Source: Bacteroidia bacterium (GTDB taxonomy: Bacteria > Bacteroidota > Bacteroidia > M30B66). From it: a DNA stretch of 64,000 bases. The DNA lies in contig OZ257142.1 in NCBI GenBank assembly GCA_965279035.1, positions 1,952,001 through 2,016,000 of the forward strand, in the 5' to 3' direction. The translations under genes and the position numbers were made by a program. Shown one piece after another: positions 1-8,231 of the stretch (the first letter of the stretch is position 1; each line of letters opens with the position of its first letter). The notes beneath the pieces were generated by a model. That model ran no database searches, had not been told where the DNA came from, and saw nothing but the letters and a program-made list of their open reading frames with translations.

Positions 1-2641
1 ATTCTTGACGTCCAAAATAAATATCGTTGAATAAATAATCCTGATTTCCAGTTTGTCCACTCAAGCGGAATCGCACATCGGGACCATTATTAAAATCGTT
101 CGACTTCCACAAAAATGTTCCAGCAAACAATCTGAAATCAAGACCTTTTCCTTTTTTATTATAAGAAATTCGGTAGTTAAACGTCAAAGATGCTTTAGCA
201 AATGTTTTCCCCTGTTGAACCTCAGCAGTAAACGAATATGGATTTATTACACGACTATTTTTATGTTGAAATACGACTTGATTATAGTCATACTTTTTCA
301 TTCCCTGTGTACTTAAATCGGGTCCTAATAAATAGGGCGAATATTGAACATAAATATGCTTGTACTGAAGATCTGAACTTCGTTTTGAATACGTTGATCG
401 TTTCTTAAATTCAAAATAAAAACCTGCAGTTATACGATCATAATTGGGCGAATACCGCAAAGCATAGCGTTCTGCACTAGCCGATAAAGTAAGGTTGCGG
501 AAAAAAGCATGAGTCGGGCGAATAAAATAATCGACTTGTGCAGCTCCTGCTAATTCTGAATTTTTAAATCCATACATCGGCATTATAACGTATTCAAACT
601 TCTTACGTAATACGCCCATATTGTGAAATGCTGCACCTAACATAAATCCATTATAACTATTCGCACCTAGAGTAGGAACAACATACAGCGGACTTACTCT
701 AGGATTTTCTATTCCTGTACCTAATTGGATTTTCAATTTACCCATTTTTCGGAACAATCCATGAGTTCTCATTTCATCATTTTTGCAATTATAATCAGGA
801 GCAGGATTTCCTTCATTTACCGAAATCAGATCGAAATCACCTGCAGGAAAAGGAAGTCGTTTCTTCCCTTTAAATCCATCAAACCATTTGGTATAAACCG
901 AATCATTTTTGAATCCGCTCACACTTACGGGACCATCTATTTGTCCAACATTGCGTACTGTTACATACGACTCGCTCGCTTTTTTTGAATACCCACACAC
1001 TTTATAATTCACACGATCTACACTTGCCAATAAACCATCAAATAACCAAGGCATTGCTTTGCCATTGAATTTTTCTACATGTGCTCTAAAATCTTCGGGT
1101 TGTGGATGTTTGAATTTCCAGGTTTCATAATAGGCTTGCATCATTTCATCAAACCGCTGTTGCCCCATGTATGCTGCTAAATAATTATAAATATTCGCAG
1201 TTTTCTTATAAACAATTGCTCCATAATTTAACGAGGAATAATTGGCTGAGCTTAGCGCCAACGATTGATCATCGTTCCTACGAGCAACAAATAAATACAT
1301 GGCATTTTGCGTTGCATTCGGTTTGAATTCAGTGGTATGCAATAATTTATCTCCCCAATTCGGAATCATATTATTGAAATCAGTGCTTTGAGGATATTTC
1401 TGATGCATATAGCGTCCTTCATAATAGGAATTACTTCCTTCATCCATCCAAGGAAAATCGCGTTCGTTACTTCCTAATATTCCATAAAACCAATTATGTC
1501 CAACCTCGTGTGCAATTACATTATCTAAAGCAATTGGATTTCCTTGTGAAGCAATAATTGTAATTGTTGGATATTCCATCCCGGCACCAGCACTCAAAGC
1601 TCCATCAACCGCTTTGCAAACTTTGTAAGGATAATCACCCAACCATTTTGAATAATTATACACTGCATCGTTTACATAATGAGGAGCTTCAAACCAATCT
1701 TTCGCATCCTTATCAGCAAAATAACAATAGGTTTCAACTACACGATTGCTATTAGGTAAAGTAACTTGACTCTTTAAAATATGATATGATTTATCTGCAA
1801 ACCAGGCAAAATCATGGACATCAGCAAGTTTATAGGTAACGGTCTTTAGTTTTTCCGAAGAAGGAATCTCCACTTTATTTCCCTTTTTAGGTGCTCCAGC
1901 TTTCACCATCGCTTCAGTTTCCTGAATATTTTTTTCTATTTGTTCTTGTTCATCGGCATTTTCAACCAGTTCACCACTTGCAGCAATTACATAATTCGAT
2001 GGCGTTGTAATAGCTACTTTAAATGACCCATATTCAGAATAAAATTCTCCTTCATTTAAATAAGGGAAAGCATGCCATCCTTTTGCATCAAATACAGCTG
2101 GCTTTGGATACCATTGACACAATTGATATTGCTGTCCACTATGTCCTAAACGGGAAAATTTACTTGAAGGAATTTTAACCCGAAATGGTGTGGTGATTAT
2201 GATTTCAGCACCTGGTTCTAAAGCCGAATTCAAAACGATTCTGCCCATGTCGATATGAATAGAATCTTGAATGAATTTTACAGCTGTTCCATTCACTTTA
2301 AAATCGAGGCTATCGATATATCCACGCTCCTTTTCACTCGCATATTGAAACTTGGTTGAACCAACCAATAATTGTTGTTTGGCAAATGCTGTTTCATTGT
2401 TTTTATACCCATTTGGCCAAAGATGAAACCAGATCTCTTTCAAAGCTACTTTCGAATGATTCACATACCGAATGCTTTCTTGGGCTTTTAATACATGATG
2501 AACATCATCGAGTTTTACTCTGATTTCGTAATGTGCTTCCTGTTGAAAATAACCAGGAGGTAGTTCTTTCGATTGACTGTTTTGAGAAAATAATGGAGAG
2601 AACGAAATCACTCCCGAAATCAAGAATAAGAAATGCTTCAT
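1..2641 (-). CDS. M1 family metallo-aminopeptidase, secreted (3' end runs off the window)
   Basis: Absent from the ORF track, presumably because it has no stop inside the window. Manual translation from ATG at 2641 gives signal peptide MKHFLFLISGVISFSPLFSQ, then YFQQ...LWPNGY, AGMEYP, HEVGHNWFYG (HExxH) and WMDEG, the M1 motifs. Confidence 0.9.
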   Translation of the reverse strand, partial: MKHFLFLISGVISFSPLFSQNSQSKELPPGYFQQEAHYEIRVKLDDVHHVLKAQESIRYVNHSKVALKEIWFHLWPNGYKNNETAFAKQQLLVGSTKFQYASEKERGYIDSLDFKVNGTAVKFIQDSIHIDMGRIVLNSALEPGAEIIITTPFRVKIPSSKFSRLGHSGQQYQLCQWYPKPAVFDAKGWHAFPYLNEGEFYSEYGSFKVAITTPSNYVIAASGELVENADEQEQIEKNIQETEAMVKAGAPKKGNKVEIPSSEKLKTVTYKLADVHDFAWFADKSYHILKSQVTLPNSNRVVETYCYFADKDAKDWFEAPHYVNDAVYNYSKWLGDYPYKVCKAVDGALSAGAGMEYPTITIIASQGNPIALDNVIAHEVGHNWFYGILGSNERDFPWMDEGSNSYYEGRYMHQKYPQSTDFNNMIPNWGDKLLHTTEFKPNATQNAMYLFVARRNDDQSLALSSANYSSLNYGAIVYKKTANIYNYLAAYMGQQRFDEMMQAYYETWKFKHPQPEDFRAHVEKFNGKAMPWLFDGLLASVDRVNYKVCGYSKKASESYVTVRNVGQIDGPVSVSGFKNDSVYTKWFDGFKGKKRLPFPAGDFDLISVNEGNPAPDYNCKNDEMRTHGLFRKMGKLKIQLGTGIENPRVSPLYVVPTLGANSYNGFMLGAAFHNMGVLRKKFEYVIMPMYGFKNSELAGAAQVDYFIRPTHAFFRNLTLSASAERYALRYSPNYDRITAGFYFEFKKRSTYSKRSSDLQYKHIYVQYSPYLLGPDLSTQGMKKYDYNQVVFQHKNSRVINPYSFTAEVQQGKTFAKASLTFNYRISYNKKGKGLDFRLFAGTFLWKSNDFNNGPDVRFRLSGQTGNQDYLFNDIYFGRQE

Positions 2642-2644
2642 AAT

Positions 2645-3751
2645 TTATTTCAAGAGTAATTGAATGGCTTTTTCTAAATCAGGACCACGTAAACCTTTGG
2701 CTACAATCCGTCCTTCTTTATCAATTAAAACCGTAAACGGAATTCCCGAAAATCCATATTGCTTTACTACTGATGAACTCCAATAACCTAAATCGCTCAC
2801 ATGCGATGGCCAAATCAAACCATCTTGTTGAATCGCTTTTATCCAACTGGCTTTGTCTTTATCGAGTGATACACTGAAAATATCAAAGCCCTTGTCTTTA
2901 AATTCTCCATACATCTTCACCACATTGGGATTTTCTTTTCTACACGGGCCGCACCAACTCGCCCAAAAATCAATTAAAACAACTTTGCCTTTTAAAGACG
3001 ACAAAGCGATGTTTTGACCATCGGGTGAAGGAAGATTTATCTCAGGTGCCGGCATACCAATCGCCATACTGCGCATTTGATCAACGCGACTCATAAACGA
3101 TTGAGCAAAACCTGAATTCGGATAGTGTTTTTTTAGGTTGCTTGCCAACTCTTCATAATACTGAAAATCACGGTCCGGATCTAATAAATCAGCAGCTGTT
3201 ATTGGAGCAATTTTAGTCGGATTTTCATGAATGATTTTTCTCGCTCTATCCAATTGCTTATTAACGAATTGATTAAATTCCATTTCCATTCCCGCTTGGA
3301 TTTGTGCAACTTTATCTTGCGGACTTGTATTGAGAATTTGCATTAAAGAATCACGGTGTTTGTTGATTCCTTCTTTCACCGATTTTATTTCAAGAACCAA
3401 TTTCCCTTCTTCGCTTCCTGCTAAAGTATATTCTTGTTGAATTTGAATATTGTCATTTTTATATTCTACAGATTCTTTAGGATCAAGTACAATAAATACC
3501 ATGTTATTCGGTGTGACTCTCAATCGATAGAAATCTTTCACAGGAACAGCTTTCTTAAAACTGAAATTTCCTTTAGCATCTGTTTTTACCGAATCAATTC
3601 CGACAATGTTGGCTCCTTGAATTTGTTCTAAAAACAACCAAGCATTGGTATGTTTAGAAATGGATCCACTTAATTGTGGTTTATTCCCAGTATTACTGCA
3701 AGCTGCAATACTGAATAATAGTAAGATGAAGAGACTGCTTATTTTACGCAT
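2645..3751 (-). CDS. TlpA-like thiol-disulfide oxidoreductase lipoprotein (DUF4369-like N-terminus plus AhpC/TSA domain)
   Basis: Lipobox IAAC; DFWASWCGPC CxxC motif; GIPFTVLID. Confidence 0.9.
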   Translation of the reverse strand: MRKISSLFILLLFSIAACSNTGNKPQLSGSISKHTNAWLFLEQIQGANIVGIDSVKTDAKGNFSFKKAVPVKDFYRLRVTPNNMVFIVLDPKESVEYKNDNIQIQQEYTLAGSEEGKLVLEIKSVKEGINKHRDSLMQILNTSPQDKVAQIQAGMEMEFNQFVNKQLDRARKIIHENPTKIAPITAADLLDPDRDFQYYEELASNLKKHYPNSGFAQSFMSRVDQMRSMAIGMPAPEINLPSPDGQNIALSSLKGKVVLIDFWASWCGPCRKENPNVVKMYGEFKDKGFDIFSVSLDKDKASWIKAIQQDGLIWPSHVSDLGYWSSSVVKQYGFSGIPFTVLIDKEGRIVAKGLRGPDLEKAIQLLLK

Positions 3752-3766
3752 AGGGAGTTATTTTAT

Positions 3767-5215
3767 TCAGGCTTTAGAAAGAGCTTCATGTACGTGTTGA
3801 TTTGTTTTTTTAGGATCAGCTTTTCCTTTCGATAGTTTCATCACTTCACCCATAAACAAACCGATTAGTCCTGTTTTACCATTTTTGTATTCAAGAACTT
3901 TTTCAGGGTATTTCGCAATCACCTCTTGAATCCATTTTTCCATACTTTCACTATCATCCACTTGAAGCCAATTGTTTGATTCTGCAACTTCTATTGGATT
4001 CGCATTGGGATTTTCCGTTAAATAAGGAAACAACTTTTGACTCGCTACTGAAAAACTAATCTTGCCAGCATCAATCATTGAAATCAATTCAGCAATGATG
4101 GATGCTTTTAAAGGAAATTGATGCATCTCCAAAGCTCGTTCATTCAAATACGATTTCACCGGTCCATTCATCCAATTTGCTGCTGCTTTGTAATTGCTTG
4201 TATGTTTCGCTAATTCTACAAAATAGAGTGCAATAGGTTTGGTATCAGTTAAAATTCCAGCATCATAAAGCGATAAACCAAATTCATTTGTAAACTGATC
4301 GTGAAGTGCATCCGGTAAAGGTGGCATTAACGATTTAATCTGTTGAATGTACTCTTCAGTAACAATGAGTGGCGTTAAATCCGGTTCAGGGAAATAACGA
4401 TAATCATTTGCTTTCTCTTTACTTCTTAACGAAAATGTAGTTCCATTTACCGCATCAAAACTTCGGGTTTCTTGATCAATAATACCACCCGATTCGATCA
4501 CACTAATTTGTCGCTTGGTTTCAAACTCAATCGCTCGTTGAACATTCCGAATAGAGTTCATGTTTTTCACTTCTACCTTCACGCCGTATTCTGTAGCTCC
4601 TCGTTTACGAACCGAAATATTGGCATCACAACGCATGCTGCCTTCTTCCATATTTCCATCACAAATCTCTAAGTAACGAACCAGTTTTCTGACTTCTGTT
4701 AAGTAAGCATAGGCTTCTTCAGCACTGCGCATATCCGGCTCCGACACCATTTCCAACAAAGGAACACCTGCCCGATTCAAATCAACCAAGGAATCATATG
4801 CATCTTGATCATGCATGCTTTTTCCAGCATCCTCTTCCATGTGGATACGTGTTAATGCAACATCTTTTAGTTTGCCATCTAACTTAATTCGAATTCTGCC
4901 TCCAGTACAAATGGGCGTTTTGTCCTGAGTAATTTGATATCCTTTTGGAAGATCTGCGTAGAAATAGTTTTTTCGTGCAAACTGATTTTCCTCTCGAATA
5001 TCGCATCCGCAAGCCAATCCCAATTTGACTGCATATTCAGCTACTTGCTCGTTAAATCGAGGCAATGTGCCCGGGTGACCAAGCGTGATAACACTGATGT
5101 TTGTATTGGGTAATGCTCCATATTCAGCAGGATCCGATGAATACGCTTTGCTATGTGTGAGCAATTGAATATGGACTTCTAATCCAACAACGAGTTCGTA
5201 TAGTTCAAATGGCAT
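3767..5215 (-). CDS. gatB: Asp-tRNA(Asn)/Glu-tRNA(Gln) amidotransferase subunit B
   Basis: VGLEVH, RKNYFYADLPKGYQITQ, DLNRAGVPLLE, RCDANIS, DYRYFPEPDL. Start moved to ATG 5215 because the longer start overlaps the promoter motif. Confidence 0.97.
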   Translation of the reverse strand: MPFELYELVVGLEVHIQLLTHSKAYSSDPAEYGALPNTNISVITLGHPGTLPRFNEQVAEYAVKLGLACGCDIREENQFARKNYFYADLPKGYQITQDKTPICTGGRIRIKLDGKLKDVALTRIHMEEDAGKSMHDQDAYDSLVDLNRAGVPLLEMVSEPDMRSAEEAYAYLTEVRKLVRYLEICDGNMEEGSMRCDANISVRKRGATEYGVKVEVKNMNSIRNVQRAIEFETKRQISVIESGGIIDQETRSFDAVNGTTFSLRSKEKANDYRYFPEPDLTPLIVTEEYIQQIKSLMPPLPDALHDQFTNEFGLSLYDAGILTDTKPIALYFVELAKHTSNYKAAANWMNGPVKSYLNERALEMHQFPLKASIIAELISMIDAGKISFSVASQKLFPYLTENPNANPIEVAESNNWLQVDDSESMEKWIQEVIAKYPEKVLEYKNGKTGLIGLFMGEVMKLSKGKADPKKTNQHVHEALSKA

Positions 5216-5242
5216 AATGCGTAATTCCTTATTGGAAAAGGG

Positions 5243-5250
5243 CAAATATA
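5243..5250 (-). promoter_or_regulatory. Bacteroidota sigma70 -7 element (TATATTTG) for gatB
   Basis: Matches TAnnTTTG about 28 nt upstream of the ATG at 5215. Confidence 0.6.
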
Positions 5251-5482
5251 AAGGTATTCAATCTAATTCTAAGTGCTTTACATGGTTTATAAATAGTCCT
5301 TTCCCTTAACCTTATTGACAATTCCATTGTGAATTGTTTTTATTTAAGCGCCTGATTTTCAGTAAATCAATTTGATACTTTCATGTAAGAAAAAAAACAT
5401 CATAAGCGCAACATTCAGCAGAACAAACCGTTTCAGTAATTAATCATCACAATTCATAAAACGAGTGCAAAAACAAAAAATA

Positions 5483-5563
5483 ATGAAAGCATTCACCAAG
5501 AAGTTGAGCACCATGGGAAAACGTGTTCTCTTCACCCTTCGTTATGTCAGACTTTTTTTCTGA
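5483..5563 (+). CDS. Putative 26-aa cationic small protein MKAFTKKLSTMGKRVLFTLRYVRLFF
   Basis: ATG preceded by A-rich leader (aaaaacaaaaaataATG), followed by a terminator at 5591. Below the ORF-track size cutoff. Confidence 0.5.
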   Translation: MKAFTKKLSTMGKRVLFTLRYVRLFF

Positions 5564-5590
5564 TACTTCAAAAAGATTTGTGTTAAAATC

Positions 5591-5625
5591 AAAAAAGCCA
5601 TTCATGTTTATGAATGGCTTTTTTT
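5591..5625. terminator. Bidirectional intrinsic terminator
   Basis: AAAAAAGCCATTCAT-gttt-ATGAATGGCTTTTTT perfect stem with A/T tracts on both sides. Confidence 0.85.
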
Positions 5626-5641
5626 GTTGAATGAAATGAAA

Positions 5642-6481
5642 TTATCGAAGTACAATTTTCTTCAAATTTTCTTTACCAGCTCCTAAAACACGGAGGTAAT
5701 AAATGCCTTTAGGAAGTTCTTCAAGATTGATTTGGCTTGAAGCTGTATTTAATGTTTTCTTCAAAACAGTCGCTCCTAACATATTCATGATTTCCACTTT
5801 TACAGGATTGCTGAAATGAGCGAAATTCACATTGATAACATCATTGGCTGGATTTGGATAAACATTCATCGATTCTAAGGAAGTTGGCTCAATTGCAATA
5901 CTGGTTGGAGTATTAGTTTCAATCCGGTAATTATCGGTATCCAACCAAAAATCATTCACCGTTCCTCGAACTCCTTTTACTTTTATCTGAACCGATTGTC
6001 CTTCAAAGGAACTTAAATCAACTGTTTGTGAAGCGAAATTGACTGAAGTTGTGTGATTCGAAGCATTAATAGTTAAAAGTGGACTACCGAAATTTCCTGA
6101 ACCAGCAATGGCTGCATACACTTCAAAAACATCAGTCGTTAAATCATATCCACTTCCTGCAGTGCTTCCAATGTAGGTAGCAAATCGATAATCAAAATGG
6201 AAAGTACAACCTGCAGGTAAAACAGATGTAGCTGTTGTTATAGATGAATCTTTTGAAACAAACTGACTAAAATTGATACACAAGCCCTTGGTTGAAGTAG
6301 TGCCATGTGTTGAATAAACTCTCATACCTCCACCGAAATTTGTCGGTATAGTTCCAAATCCTTGATAGCTTTCGAAATCCTCCAAATAAATTGTTGTTTG
6401 GGCAGAAAGGATGAGGGATGAAGTCAGAAATAAAACGGATAGAATAGAACGTACCAATCTATATAGAGTAAAGTTTTTCAT
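5642..6481 (-). CDS. T9SS type A sorting domain protein with choice-of-anchor/MAM-like N-terminal domain
   Basis: Signal peptide from ATG 6481 (MKNFTL...SAQ); C-terminal VYPNPA...LPKGIYYLRV...KKIVLR. Confidence 0.85.
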   Translation of the reverse strand: MKNFTLYRLVRSILSVLFLTSSLILSAQTTIYLEDFESYQGFGTIPTNFGGGMRVYSTHGTTSTKGLCINFSQFVSKDSSITTATSVLPAGCTFHFDYRFATYIGSTAGSGYDLTTDVFEVYAAIAGSGNFGSPLLTINASNHTTSVNFASQTVDLSSFEGQSVQIKVKGVRGTVNDFWLDTDNYRIETNTPTSIAIEPTSLESMNVYPNPANDVINVNFAHFSNPVKVEIMNMLGATVLKKTLNTASSQINLEELPKGIYYLRVLGAGKENLKKIVLR

Positions 6482-6675
6482 GAGATAAAGTTTAGAATTG
6501 TAGTTGGGAATAATTTCGGCCAACAAGAATCGAACCGAAAGTAACAAATTATATTAAAATCTGTTTTTGGAGGAATTTATTTTTTATCCGTTTTAAACGT
6601 ATATAAATGGATATGAAACGGATCGGTTGAATTGAATATTCAATATTTGAGGACTATTATTTAAATCTATATACT

Positions 6676-7050
6676 ATGTATCAATTACCCGATTATCGCG
6701 ATGCGCTCATTTGGAGAAAATCAATGGATTTAGCGATTGCTGTCAATCACAGTGTGCGTCATTTCCCAGAACGAGAAAGAGGTCCCAAAGGTCTTTATTC
6801 TCAATTGTTGCAAGCGTCTGTGAGGATTTCACTCAGAATAGCAGAAAGTAGTATGCCTTTGCTTGAATCAGAACGAGATATTTTACTTCGAGCTCGTTAT
6901 CATATTTCAGAAACTGAATTCCTTTTAGATGTATCCATGCATCTTGGTTACATACAAAAAGAAGAACGCATTCGTCTTAACGAGCACTGCCTTGAAGTAA
7001 GAGAATTGGTGAATCGCTATCTACACAGCGCACCTCAATACATTAAATAG
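6676..7050 (+). CDS. Four-helix-bundle protein (23S rRNA IVP / bAvd-like family)
   Basis: YRDALIWRKSMDLA...FPERE...LYSQL...ASVRISLRIAE...SETEFLL..LGYI pattern. Confidence 0.8.
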   Translation: MYQLPDYRDALIWRKSMDLAIAVNHSVRHFPERERGPKGLYSQLLQASVRISLRIAESSMPLLESERDILLRARYHISETEFLLDVSMHLGYIQKEERIRLNEHCLEVRELVNRYLHSAPQYIK

Positions 7051-7058
7051 CTGCTTGT

Positions 7059-8030
7059 TTAGTCAAATGCCTGATTCTCGGCACCTGAAATTTCTATCAT
7101 GCGAGAATAGTCTTCTGCAGTCAAATCGTTGTAATAGAAATTCACCGGATTAATTGGTTGTCCGTTTTTATGCACTTCATAATGCAAGTGTGGACCAACA
7201 GATTTCCCCGTATTTCCCACAAATCCGATGATATCTCCACGATGTACTCGTTGGCCTGGACGGACATTGATTTTACTCATATGTCCGTACAAGGTTAAAT
7301 AGCCATAACCATGGTTTATCCGCACGTGATTTCCATATCCTGAAGCATCAGCATCCGCACGAACAACAACACCATCGCCCGTTGCATAAATTTCAGTTCC
7401 AACGGGACTGGCAAAATCCATCCCTGCATGAAACTTTGTGGTTTTATAAATTGGATCAGTTCGATAACCAAAACCAGAAGCCATGCGTTTTAAATCTTTA
7501 TTATTTACTGGCTGAATGGCAGGAATAGCAGATAACATCGCCGATTTACTTTTGATCATTTCAAAAATTTCATCATACGATTTACTTTGAACTACAAGCT
7601 GCTTGGATAATACATCGACCTTTTTCATTGTTTCAATAACCAAGTCGCTGTTCTCTAAACCTTTGTATTTCTCATAACGGTTTATCCCGCCAAAACCTGC
7701 TTTTCGAATTTCATCGGGAATGGGCTCTGCTTCAAAAACAACTCGGTAAATATTATCATCTCGATCTTGTAGATCACCTAAGACGATATTGATTTGACGT
7801 AATCGTTGATTCAATAAATCATATTCTAATCGTAACTGATCTACTTCACGTTCTAAGGCTTTTTCTCTAGGCGAATCAATCGTATTATACGCAATCACAA
7901 CACCCAAGGCTGCGAAAACAATCCCTGTTCCGGCAAAGGATAAAAAGCGTAAAAGCCGGTCTTTAACTCCCAGCTTCACTCGCTCATAAGAAAGCGATTT
8001 TGTATTAAATTGATATCTTACTTTCGCCAC
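7059..8030 (-). CDS. M23 family peptidoglycan endopeptidase
   Basis: N-terminal TM and coiled coil; HAGMD (HxxxD), YGHMS, GPHLHYEV. Confidence 0.92.
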   Translation of the reverse strand: MAKVRYQFNTKSLSYERVKLGVKDRLLRFLSFAGTGIVFAALGVVIAYNTIDSPREKALEREVDQLRLEYDLLNQRLRQINIVLGDLQDRDDNIYRVVFEAEPIPDEIRKAGFGGINRYEKYKGLENSDLVIETMKKVDVLSKQLVVQSKSYDEIFEMIKSKSAMLSAIPAIQPVNNKDLKRMASGFGYRTDPIYKTTKFHAGMDFASPVGTEIYATGDGVVVRADADASGYGNHVRINHGYGYLTLYGHMSKINVRPGQRVHRGDIIGFVGNTGKSVGPHLHYEVHKNGQPINPVNFYYNDLTAEDYSRMIEISGAENQAFD

Positions 8031-8186
8031 GTGCGTAATTACAATCGAATAAATTCCCGTTTCTGATTTGGTTGAAAAACCGGAAACACATTTTCATTTG
8101 GATTGCGAATTTAGGAATCCTTCGAACTCAAAGAACCAATTTCACCTTCAAATCGGTTCGAATAAAGTACATGCTGCCTGTTTTAC

Positions 8187-8194
8187 TACCTTTG
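8187..8194 (+). promoter_or_regulatory. -7 promoter element (TACCTTTG) for alaS
   Basis: Exact TAnnTTTG match 37 nt before the alaS ATG. Confidence 0.6.
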
Positions 8195-8231
8195 AGCCCG
8201 TTTCAGAAATCATAAATTTTCTTAATTCAGT

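Noticed and set aside
53-1755. Short + strand ORFs (53-316, 725-988, 1564-1755) and similar short ORFs overlapping long genes elsewhere
   Set aside because: Antisense or alternate-frame shadows of well-supported genes, here the M1 peptidase.
6676-7050. Diversity-generating retroelement suggested by the Avd-like gene
   Set aside because: No reverse transcriptase and no template/variable repeat pair with adenine-specific differences seen in the window.
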